Shown piece by piece: positions 15,461-22,815 of a stretch of 24,000 nucleotides of DNA. The notes beneath the pieces are model-generated. The model saw only the letters and a program-made list of their open reading frames with translations. It was not told the DNA's origin and did not search any database. Source of the DNA: Vibrio sp. S17_S38 (GTDB lineage: Bacteria > Pseudomonadota > Gammaproteobacteria > Enterobacterales > Vibrionaceae); assembly GCF_014694375.1 (NCBI RefSeq), contig NZ_JAAUWW010000002.1, positions 263,102 through 287,101 of the forward strand, given 5' to 3'. Position 1 is the stretch's first letter. Each line of letters begins with the position of its first letter. A program made the translations under genes and the position numbers.

Positions 15461-16717
15461 ATGCCGTCTATTGTTGTTGTTGGTGCTAACTGGGGTGATG
15501 AAGGCAAAGGCCGTATCGTGGATTTTTTAGCGGAAGATGCGTCTGCCAGTATTCGCTTTCAAGGTGGTAACAACGCAGGCCACACTGTGGTCAATGATTT
15601 CGGCACCTTTAAATTACACCAGCTACCAAGCGGTATTTTTAACCCAAATTGTATTGCGGTTCTTGGGCCTGGTATGGTCATTAGCCCTGCGGCATTAAGT
15701 GAAGAAATGGCAGAAGTGAAAGCGGCTGGCGTCGAAGTGAAAATGTGTATTTCTGATCGCGCAACACTTTGCCTTCCACTGCATGCTCTTGAAGATACGC
15801 TTGAAGAGTTACGTTTAGGCGATGCAGCTTACGGTTCTACTCGTCAAGGTATTGCACCAGCTTATGGCGATCGAGTCATGAAGAAAGGCATTTTAGTCGG
15901 TTGGTTAAATCAACCAGAAGTCCTGCAAGAACGTATTCAATTTATGCTTGACTGGAAAATGCCACAATTAAAAGCCTTATATCCAAGCTGTGATTTTTCT
16001 CAAAGTGCAGAAGAAATGACGCAATGGCTACTTGAAGTGACAGCGGCTTGGCGTCCATTTATTTGTAATGTGACTGAGCCTTTAAAAGCGTTACAAAAAC
16101 AAGATGCAAATCTTTTATTTGAAGCGCAATTAGGCGCTGGCCGTGATTTGGTTTATGGCGAATACCCTTACACGACATCATCAAATGTGACGGCAGCTTA
16201 TGCTGGAATTGGCAGTGGTTTACCTGCACTTCGTCCTGAGCGTATTGTTGCGGTAGCTAAATCATTTAGCTCATCGGTTGGTACGGGGACTTTAGTGACC
16301 GCAATGGAAGAGCAAGATAACTTCCGTGAAAGTGCTAATGAGTATGGCGCAGTGACTGGTCGTCCTCGTGACATGGGTTACTTTGATGCCGTTGCAACTC
16401 GTAATGGCGTTGAGCTGCAAGCGGCAACCGAAATTGCACTCACTAAGATCGATTGCTTATCTGGCATGCAAGATTTAAAAATCTGTGTTGCTTACGACGG
16501 TGATCATAGTGAAAACCCAATCTGGCCACAAACAGCGGCATTAAGTCCAGTTTATGAGCAGATGGAAGGTTGGAGCGAAGATATTACGGGTTGCCGTACT
16601 TTTGAAAGCTTACCATCGGCGGCGCAGCATTATGTTGAGCGTATTGAAGCCTTAATGGGGGTTCCGGTGAGCATGGTATCGGTTGGACCAGAACGCGATC
16701 AAATGATTATTCGATAG
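15461..16717 (+). CDS. Adenylosuccinate synthetase paralog (PurA2-like, diverged), 418 aa
   Basis: It keeps the P-loop GANWGDEGKGR, GGNNAGHT (Asn/His), TKID (GTP base specificity) and SVGPER. However, GTTGRGIGPAY is GSTRQGIAPAY, EGAQGT is EAQLGA and GATTGRRRRTGW is GAVTGRPRDMGY relative to E. coli PurA as remembered. GGAGA SD lies 8 nt upstream. Confidence 0.85.
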   Translation: MPSIVVVGANWGDEGKGRIVDFLAEDASASIRFQGGNNAGHTVVNDFGTFKLHQLPSGIFNPNCIAVLGPGMVISPAALSEEMAEVKAAGVEVKMCISDRATLCLPLHALEDTLEELRLGDAAYGSTRQGIAPAYGDRVMKKGILVGWLNQPEVLQERIQFMLDWKMPQLKALYPSCDFSQSAEEMTQWLLEVTAAWRPFICNVTEPLKALQKQDANLLFEAQLGAGRDLVYGEYPYTTSSNVTAAYAGIGSGLPALRPERIVAVAKSFSSSVGTGTLVTAMEEQDNFRESANEYGAVTGRPRDMGYFDAVATRNGVELQAATEIALTKIDCLSGMQDLKICVAYDGDHSENPIWPQTAALSPVYEQMEGWSEDITGCRTFESLPSAAQHYVERIEALMGVPVSMVSVGPERDQMIIR

Positions 16718-16747
16718 TTTTATCAATCTTTATAAATAAGAATTATA

Positions 16748-16787
16748 AACCTCGCTTAATACGATAAGTATTTGCGAGGTTTTTTTA
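16748..16787 (+). terminator. Rho-independent terminator after the PurA paralog
   Basis: Stem AACCTCGC (16748..16755) pairs with GCGAGGTT (16774..16781) and is followed by TTTTTTAT. Confidence 0.75.
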
Positions 16788-16954
16788 TGCCTGTTTGCTT
16801 ATCGGCCTAGCGTTGTTTTCATTACTTTGGAATGAAGAAGGTCGGATATCAGATTGAAGAAAAGGGCAGTGAAAGGGCAGAAAACGGAACCAATATCACA
16901 TTTATTGGTCTATCATTGGCATTGTTTATATTTTTATCATTAAACGGAGAGATT

Positions 16955-17512
16955 ATGTCTATTACTGTATTAGATCCGAAAACTGCCTTGATTGTAATTG
17001 ATATTCAAAAAGGGATCTTGGCTTTACCAACATGCCATGACTCTGATCCAGTGGTGGATAAATGTGTGCAACTGCTGAATGCTTTTCGTGCAAAAAATTT
17101 GCCAGTAGTTTTAGTGAATGTCGCAGGTGGTGCGCCAGGTCGTACTGATCAAACAAGTTCTCATGGGGAACTACCAGCAGATTGGGCTCAACTTGATTCT
17201 CGTTTGAATATTCAATCTAGCGATCATTTAGTGACTAAAAAAACGTGGGGTGCGTTTGTTAATACTGATCTAGATACACATCTGAAAGCACAAGGCGTAA
17301 CGCAAGTTGTGGTAGTTGGGGTGGCAACAAGTATTGGTGTGGAATCAACAGCTCGACAAGCCTTTGAAGCGGGATATAACGTGACATTAGCAATCGATGC
17401 TATGACGGATTTAAACTTAGATACACACAATAATAGCGTGAACTTAATTTTCCCTAGAATGGCAGAAACGGGTTTAACTCAGGATGTGATTGCCCTTGTT
17501 GAAAAACGCTAA
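16955..17512 (+). CDS. Isochorismatase-family hydrolase, YecD-like, 185 aa
   Basis: MSITVLDPKTALIVIDIQKGIL...VTKKTWGAF.NTDLD.HLKAQGVTQVVVVGVATSIGVESTARQAFEAGYNVTLAIDAMTD...HNNSVN.IFPRMAE resembles E. coli YecD as remembered. GGAGA SD lies upstream of ATG 16955. The track start at 16832 adds 41 unsupported codons. Confidence 0.85.
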   Translation: MSITVLDPKTALIVIDIQKGILALPTCHDSDPVVDKCVQLLNAFRAKNLPVVLVNVAGGAPGRTDQTSSHGELPADWAQLDSRLNIQSSDHLVTKKTWGAFVNTDLDTHLKAQGVTQVVVVGVATSIGVESTARQAFEAGYNVTLAIDAMTDLNLDTHNNSVNLIFPRMAETGLTQDVIALVEKR

Positions 17513-17532
17513 TTTAGAGTTAAAAATAGAAT

Positions 17533-17567
17533 AAAAAAAGACCAGATCATTATGATCTGGTCTTTTT
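17533..17567. terminator. Bidirectional rho-independent terminator between convergent genes
   Basis: AAAGACCAGATCAT-T-ATGATCTGGTCTTT palindrome (17537..17565), flanked by an A-run upstream and a T-run downstream, so it can serve both strands. Confidence 0.75.
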
Positions 17568-17587
17568 GGATCAATCTAGGTCACATG

Positions 17588-18751
17588 CTAACCATTATTC
17601 ATTTGGTTAGGTACGGCAATAAATCCAGTTGTCAGGTTTTCATCTTTAGCTTCTACAAGCTCAATAATGTCGCCGATATAATTTTCGACTTTATCACCAA
17701 CAGAATCATTATCTTCCGTAAAATACGCAACGTGGAATACTGCATCGCCTTCATTGACGAGAGGTAAGGTCTGTTGACCAATGACGATACCTTCTTTTGG
17801 CGCTTCCATGGTCATTTCTTCGTGGCCTAGCGGTGAGCTAATATAGGCTAATACTTGGCCTTTACTTACTCGATCGCCTAAAGTAACCATGGTACGTAAA
17901 ATGCCATTACTTTCTGCTCGAACCCAGCTGCTTGATTTAGCAATAACAGATTCTGGTAATTTTCTACGTGATGCGCGGAGCATTTTCAACTCTTGCATGA
18001 CACGAATTACCCCTAATACACCAGCGTTAATGGCGATAGGCTCAAAGCGTAGAGCCTCACCAGCTTCATAGGTAAGAACTGGAATACCGAACTTTTCAGC
18101 CTCAGCACGCAACGAACCATCACGTAGAGCTGCATCAATAATCACTGGCGTCCCAAATGCTTTTGCCATTCTGAGCGTTTCAGGGTTTTCTAAGCACGCT
18201 CGAAGTTGTGGCAGGTTAGTTCGATTAATCGCTCCGGTATGTAGATCGATAATGTAATCGGCCTTTTGTGCAACTTCAGTAAAGAACGTATGTGCAATAC
18301 GTGAAGCAAGTGCACCTTTTTCTGAACCAGGGAAACAACGGTTTAAATCACGGCGATCGGGTAAATATCGCGACTTATGAATAAAACCGAACACATTGAC
18401 GATAGGCGCAGCAATCAAAGTACCTTTGAGCTTACTCGCGTCTATTTTTTCAATAATTTGTCGTACGATTTCTACGCCATTAAGTTCATCACCATGAATG
18501 GCAGCATCAAGCAATAAGACAGGACCAGCCTGTTTGCCATGTATGATTTCGATAGGGATAGAAAGCGGCGAGTGTGTATACAGCTTTGCCGCTTCAATTT
18601 CCATTACTTGTCGTTCACCTGCTTTAATCACCTTGTCCATAAATTTAAAAGATGGGTTTCGTTTCACCTTTTTTTTGACTGGTGTTGCAGTTTCAGTTGC
18701 TTTGGGATTATTAGCCACGTCCACGAGTTTTGGTTCCTTTTTCAGAAGCAT
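17588..18751 (-). CDS. Succinylglutamate desuccinylase/aspartoacylase (AstE/AspA) family zinc hydrolase, third gene of the rimK operon
   Basis: Zinc-ligand motifs HxxE ([10 protein letters not shown]) and a second His (IIDLHTGA) are present, with a candidate catalytic Glu in TYEAGEA. The C-terminal ~90 aa look like a beta-barrel hybrid-motif domain. The start is uncertain: ATG 18751 overlaps rimK by 41 nt, and alternatives are GTG 18724, GTG 18718 or ATG 18640. Confidence 0.8.
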   Translation of the reverse strand: MLLKKEPKLVDVANNPKATETATPVKKKVKRNPSFKFMDKVIKAGERQVMEIEAAKLYTHSPLSIPIEIIHGKQAGPVLLLDAAIHGDELNGVEIVRQIIEKIDASKLKGTLIAAPIVNVFGFIHKSRYLPDRRDLNRCFPGSEKGALASRIAHTFFTEVAQKADYIIDLHTGAINRTNLPQLRACLENPETLRMAKAFGTPVIIDAALRDGSLRAEAEKFGIPVLTYEAGEALRFEPIAINAGVLGVIRVMQELKMLRASRRKLPESVIAKSSSWVRAESNGILRTMVTLGDRVSKGQVLAYISSPLGHEEMTMEAPKEGIVIGQQTLPLVNEGDAVFHVAYFTEDNDSVGDKVENYIGDIIELVEAKDENLTTGFIAVPNQMNNG

Positions 18752-19616
18752 TTTTTTCTATGAAATCAATGATCATCCCTGCAACATCTTTCCCTGTTGC
18801 CGCCTCAATGCCTTCAAGACCAGGTGATGAATTGACTTCCATCACTAATGGGCCGCGTGAAGAACGTAATAGATCTACGCCTGCAACGTTTAAGCCCATA
18901 ATTTTTGCTGCAGCAACAGCCGTTTTGCGTTCTTCCGGTGTGATACGAACCAACGATGCTGTTCCACCTCGATGTAGGTTTGAGCGAAACTCACCTTCAC
19001 CAGCTTGACGTTTCATTGCCGCAATAACTTTATCACCGATAACAAAACAGCGGATATCCGCACCGCCTGCTTCTTTAATGTATTCTTGCACCATGATGTT
19101 AGCTTTTAAGCCCATGAACGCTTCGATAACACTTTCAGCCGCTTTACGTGTTTCAGCCAATACAACACCAATGCCTTGAGTACCTTCAAGTAACTTTATC
19201 ACCACGGGTGCTCCGCCGACCATTTCAAGTAGATCTTTGATGTCATCTGGTTTACTGGCGAAACCGGTAATAGGCATGCCAATTCCTTTGCGAGAAAGGA
19301 GCTGCATAGAGCGAAGTTTGTCGCGTGAACGAGTGATCGCAACAGATTCATTAGCAGGGTAAACACCTAACATTTCAAATTGGCGCAATACCGCTGTGCC
19401 ATAAAAGGTAACTGATGCGCCAATACGAGGAATGATGGCATCAAAATCTTTTAATTCTTCACCTTTAAAATGAATCTGTGGCTGGTCAGAATTGATATTC
19501 ATATAACAACGCAATGCATCGATCACTTTGACCTCATGTCCGCGAGCGTGGCACACTTCGATTAAGCGCTTAGTTGAATACAGTGAGCGGTTACGCGATA
19601 AAATCCCGATTTTCAT
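18711..19616 (-). CDS. rimK: Ribosomal protein S6 L-glutamate ligase RimK (ATP-grasp), 301 aa
   Basis: [16 protein letters not shown]....RGH.V...D.L.CYMNIN......H.KG..L..FDA.IPRIG...[39 protein letters not shown]...[32 protein letters not shown]...[17 protein letters not shown] is collinear with E. coli RimK as remembered. AAGGA SD is present. Confidence 0.95.
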   Translation of the reverse strand: MKIGILSRNRSLYSTKRLIEVCHARGHEVKVIDALRCYMNINSDQPQIHFKGEELKDFDAIIPRIGASVTFYGTAVLRQFEMLGVYPANESVAITRSRDKLRSMQLLSRKGIGMPITGFASKPDDIKDLLEMVGGAPVVIKLLEGTQGIGVVLAETRKAAESVIEAFMGLKANIMVQEYIKEAGGADIRCFVIGDKVIAAMKRQAGEGEFRSNLHRGGTASLVRITPEERKTAVAAAKIMGLNVAGVDLLRSSRGPLVMEVNSSPGLEGIEAATGKDVAGMIIDFIEKNASEKGTKTRGRG

Positions 19617-19646
19617 TAATCTTTATCCTTGGTGGATGGGTTGATA

Positions 19647-20072
19647 CTAAGAAATTAAAAATGATGCAGTAGGATCAACTATGATCTTGTTTTGCATCGC
19701 TGTTCGGCCTAATAACATCCGAAATAACATATTTTCTCTATTAGTTAATGTCATTTCGATTGGCCATTCTTCTTTATTAAACTTAAGCATAGTCTGGATG
19801 ACGAACCTTTGCTCTTCGTGGCCGCCTGAATCTTTGACCATTCTTTGATCTAAAACCTTGGCTTCACACTCTTTGATAAAATCATTATTATTTTGCAGAG
19901 GGTGTACCCAAAAACGAACCCAAAGTTCACTGTCTCGCTCGAAAGTTTCAAGTTTGAAAGTATGTAGACAAGAGCTGCGAGCCCCGGTATCTATCTTGGC
20001 TTTGATCGTTTCAATGCCCAGTTCTGGGAGGGATAATATTTCTCGCCATCCTACGATGATTTTATCGGTCAT
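19647..20072 (-). CDS. Retropepsin-like aspartic endopeptidase / 'ATP-dependent zinc protease' family (DUF785, RimB-like), first gene of the rimK operon
   Basis: IVGWREILSLPELGIETIKAKIDTGARSSCLH carries a D-T-G-A aspartic-protease signature. The C-terminus has ...RMLLGRTAM...VDPTASFL, typical of the family. Its stop lies 30 nt upstream of the rimK start. The start is ATG 20072 or GTG 20084, and neither has a good SD. Confidence 0.8.
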   Translation of the reverse strand: MTDKIIVGWREILSLPELGIETIKAKIDTGARSSCLHTFKLETFERDSELWVRFWVHPLQNNNDFIKECEAKVLDQRMVKDSGGHEEQRFVIQTMLKFNKEEWPIEMTLTNRENMLFRMLLGRTAMQNKIIVDPTASFLIS

Positions 20073-20268
20073 AGTTTTTATCACTAAGGTTGGTTAATAG
20101 ACTTGCAGAGTGTAAGCCTACTTGAATATAACAAGTAATTAGCAGTGTAGATAGGTAATGTTGCGGACCTTAACAATTCTATAGGGGTACGTCATGTGAA
20201 ATGTTTTTTTGGTCACGATAAAAAGCGTTGATTGAAAATAAAGGTAGATTATTGATGTTAGCGACCTA

Positions 20269-20295
20269 CAAAAAAGCCAGACAATTCGTCTGGCT
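20269..20295 (-). terminator. Rho-independent terminator of the porin gene
   Basis: On the minus strand, AGCCAGAC-GAATT-GTCTGGCT is followed by TTTTTTG, 30 nt after the porin stop. Confidence 0.7.
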
Positions 20296-20324
20296 AGTGC
20301 TTATCTCGTTATGCTAGCAAGGTA

Positions 20325-21281
20325 TTAGAAATCGTAACGGATGCCTGCTTGTAGCCGATCATCTTGATTGTCGATTTGCTCAAATTTGTAGCCAACATAA
20401 GTGCGCAGGTTACTGTTGAATTTGTACACGCCTTCAAGTGCGAAGTTATCTACCGCGTCATCATCGCCGTCATTACCGGTGGCATAGTTATACACGCCAA
20501 CGAATGTCCACTGTTCAAATTTATATTGCGCTGAAACTTCGTAGCCATCATTATCACCATTTGCACCATCATCAGTTGTCATTTGGTATAGGGCACCGAA
20601 AGTGAAATCAGCAATAGAATATTGTGCGCCTAAGTCAACTTGAGATACATCATTATCAGCCGATTTACCACCAGCATAGCCGGCACCTAAATCCAAACCG
20701 AAATCAAATGAGTACTTTGCACCTAAAGAATATTGGTCGCTATCAACCTCTTCACTTGCGAGATAGTTAGCGCCAACGGTTAGCCCACCAAATTCACCTT
20801 TGTAGGCAAAGTTATTCTCTTGTTTATCTGCGCCAGCATTAAGTGATAAAGCATCATCTGCGTCTGCACCAAAAGTGGCCATAGTATCGGTAAAGTCTGT
20901 GATCATAACTAAAGCGGTATCTTGTTTACCGTAAGAAAAATCGCCAATTTGAGTGCCAATACCTGCAAATACATAACGTGTTTTAATATCACTACCTGAA
21001 CTGACTTCGTTTTCGTATTTACCAAAACCCGTCAATCCTTCTGATATTTTCGTTTTGCCTGAAATGCTTAGACGCGCACGGCTTTTATCATCAAACTTAC
21101 TACCTGTTTGATCACCAGTGGTCGAGTCATATTCTTCATTGTTATCTGACACATTGAAGCGAGCTTCTGCACGGCCACCAATTTTTAACTCAGATGTTTC
21201 ATCTTTATAAACGGTTGCTGCGAGAGTTGATGTCGAAACGAGTGCTGCAAGAACAGCGGAAGCCAATACTGCTTTTTTCAT
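20325..21281 (-). CDS. General (OmpU/OmpC-type) Gram-negative porin, acidic, 318 aa
   Basis: Signal peptide MKKAVLASAVLAALVSTSTLAA/TVYKD. The N-terminal strand is ...LKIGGRAEARF, and the sequence shows an alternating beta-strand pattern. It ends in the ...LQAGIRYDF C-terminal Phe signature of trimeric porins. Predicted loops contain many Asp/Gly runs. Confidence 0.85.
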   Translation of the reverse strand: MKKAVLASAVLAALVSTSTLAATVYKDETSELKIGGRAEARFNVSDNNEEYDSTTGDQTGSKFDDKSRARLSISGKTKISEGLTGFGKYENEVSSGSDIKTRYVFAGIGTQIGDFSYGKQDTALVMITDFTDTMATFGADADDALSLNAGADKQENNFAYKGEFGGLTVGANYLASEEVDSDQYSLGAKYSFDFGLDLGAGYAGGKSADNDVSQVDLGAQYSIADFTFGALYQMTTDDGANGDNDGYEVSAQYKFEQWTFVGVYNYATGNDGDDDAVDNFALEGVYKFNSNLRTYVGYKFEQIDNQDDRLQAGIRYDF

Positions 21282-21410
21282 GGTTTAATCCTATTGATTT
21301 AAATTAGAGACTTACATGTCTTCTTAGGTGTTGCGGTTACTCTAAAAGAGGAGTGTGAAACATTGATGTCGAGAATGTGACAGTTTGGTTTAATAGGTGA
21401 GAGCGGATGA

Positions 21411-21432
21411 AAATGTGATTGGCATCACTTAA
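21411..21432. promoter_or_regulatory. CRP-like binding site AAATGTGATTGGCATCACTTAA upstream of the porin gene
   Basis: TGTGA-N6-TCACT matches 9 of 10 core positions of the TGTGA-N6-TCACA consensus and is centred about 140 bp upstream of the porin ATG. Confidence 0.45.
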
Positions 21433-21449
21433 ACTAGAAGAGTAAAAGC

Positions 21450-21483
21450 AAAAAAATAGCCAAAGATGGTGGGATCTTTGGCT
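21450..21483 (-). terminator. Rho-independent terminator of anmK
   Basis: On the minus strand, AGCCAAAGAT-CCCACC-ATCTTTGGCT is followed by ATTTTTTTG. Confidence 0.7.
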
Positions 21484-21553
21484 ACATAACCTGCACTGTA
21501 CAAAGTTTATTTAAGTAAATTGTCTGGATAGATATTGTGGTAATAGAGGTAAG

Positions 21554-22657
21554 TTAAGTCGCAGAATAAATTGCACCGAGAATGGCTAATCGACTTGCAC
21601 CTGTTGCGGCGGGTAAATTACCCGGTTGACGATTCATCGTTTGGTGTGCCAGCCATGCAAATGCCATCGCTTCCATATAGTCAGCATCAATGCCGTATTT
21701 TAAAGTATTACCAACCTGCCAATTAGGCAGTAGTTCAGTTAAACGAGCCATCAGTAATGGATTTTGAGCGCCACCACCGCACGCTAAAAGCTCATTTGTG
21801 GCGGTGTTACTCCCAAATTTTCTGACTTCTTCGGCAATGGTTATTGCAGTTAATTCGGCTAACGTTGCTTGTACATCCGCGATAGACGTCGAGAATTCAG
21901 AGAACATATTCTCTAGCCATGGTAGGTTAAATAGCTCGCGCCCAGTGCTTTTAGGGGCCGATTGTTGGAAATAAGGTTCTTGTAACATGGCTTGCAGCAA
22001 AGCTTGATCAATGGTGCCACTTTTGGCTAATTGGGCATCTTTATCAAAACTTTGTTGATAATGTTTTTGCACCCAAGCATCCATTAGCATATTACCCGGT
22101 CCGGTATCATAACCTGAAGTTTGATCGCCATTAATAATAGAGAGATTAGCAATACCGCCAATGTTTAGGATCACAATATTATTGTCTAAATGATCAAAGA
22201 GTGCTTGATGAAAAGCAGGAACCAAAGGCGCACCTTGGCCGCCAAGTGCCATATCTTTGCGGCGAAAATCGGCCACGGTGGTGATACCTGTTTTGGCGGC
22301 AATAATATTGGCGTCACCCAATTGCATCGTGAAGGGGTAGCGTGAATCTGGCGCATGAAATACGGTTTGACCATGACTGCCAATGGCGGTGATGTCATTG
22401 ATTGAAGTATGGCTAGTAAAGAGCAATTGGTTTACAGCATCGGCAAACACATGCCCTAAGCGATGATCAATCTCACCGATTTTGACCAGATTAGTTTGTT
22501 GTCCAATGCACACGTCTAATACATCGGCTTTGAGATCCGCAGGCATGGTAAAAAAGTCATGGGCTAATAACTTTATTGTTTTCCCATCGGTTTCGACTAA
22601 TGCAGTATCCACACCATCTAAACTGGTGCCAGACATAATACCAATGTACTTTTCCAT
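21554..22657 (-). CDS. anmK: Anhydro-N-acetylmuramic acid kinase AnmK, 367 aa
   Basis: MEKYIGIMSGTSLDGVDTALV... is the canonical AnmK N-terminus, and ...GGGA.NP.LM..L..L is also present. The length matches E. coli AnmK (369 aa). AGGAG lies 8 nt upstream of ATG 22657. The track start at 22702 is an unsupported extension. Confidence 0.9.
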   Translation of the reverse strand: MEKYIGIMSGTSLDGVDTALVETDGKTIKLLAHDFFTMPADLKADVLDVCIGQQTNLVKIGEIDHRLGHVFADAVNQLLFTSHTSINDITAIGSHGQTVFHAPDSRYPFTMQLGDANIIAAKTGITTVADFRRKDMALGGQGAPLVPAFHQALFDHLDNNIVILNIGGIANLSIINGDQTSGYDTGPGNMLMDAWVQKHYQQSFDKDAQLAKSGTIDQALLQAMLQEPYFQQSAPKSTGRELFNLPWLENMFSEFSTSIADVQATLAELTAITIAEEVRKFGSNTATNELLACGGGAQNPLLMARLTELLPNWQVGNTLKYGIDADYMEAMAFAWLAHQTMNRQPGNLPAATGASRLAILGAIYSAT

Positions 22658-22815
22658 GAATCGTTCTCCTACAGCAATATTGTGCTTTGAGTATAACTGC
22701 ATATAGTGTCAAAATATGGAAATTATATAGTGATTCAGTGGATTACATCACATGTGTTGGTTTTCATTCACTGAATACATAAACATAAAGTTAATTTGTT
22801 CAGTAAGGAATAAGC

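Noticed and set aside
15461-16717. Possibility that the PurA paralog is a phage-type PurZ (2-aminoadenine / Z-genome pathway)
   Set aside because: There is no phage context and no neighbouring datZ, mazZ or dpoZ-like genes. The protein has full PurA-like length and sits under a chromosomal LysR regulator. A PurZ identity would need an alignment that I cannot run.
16832-16954. 41-codon N-terminal extension of the isochorismatase-family ORF containing a TM-like segment (ITFIGLSLALFIFLSL)
   Set aside because: There is no SD at ATG 16832, but a good GGAGA lies before ATG 16955. Family members are about 185 aa soluble proteins. The hydrophobic stretch is just translation of AT-rich promoter-like DNA.
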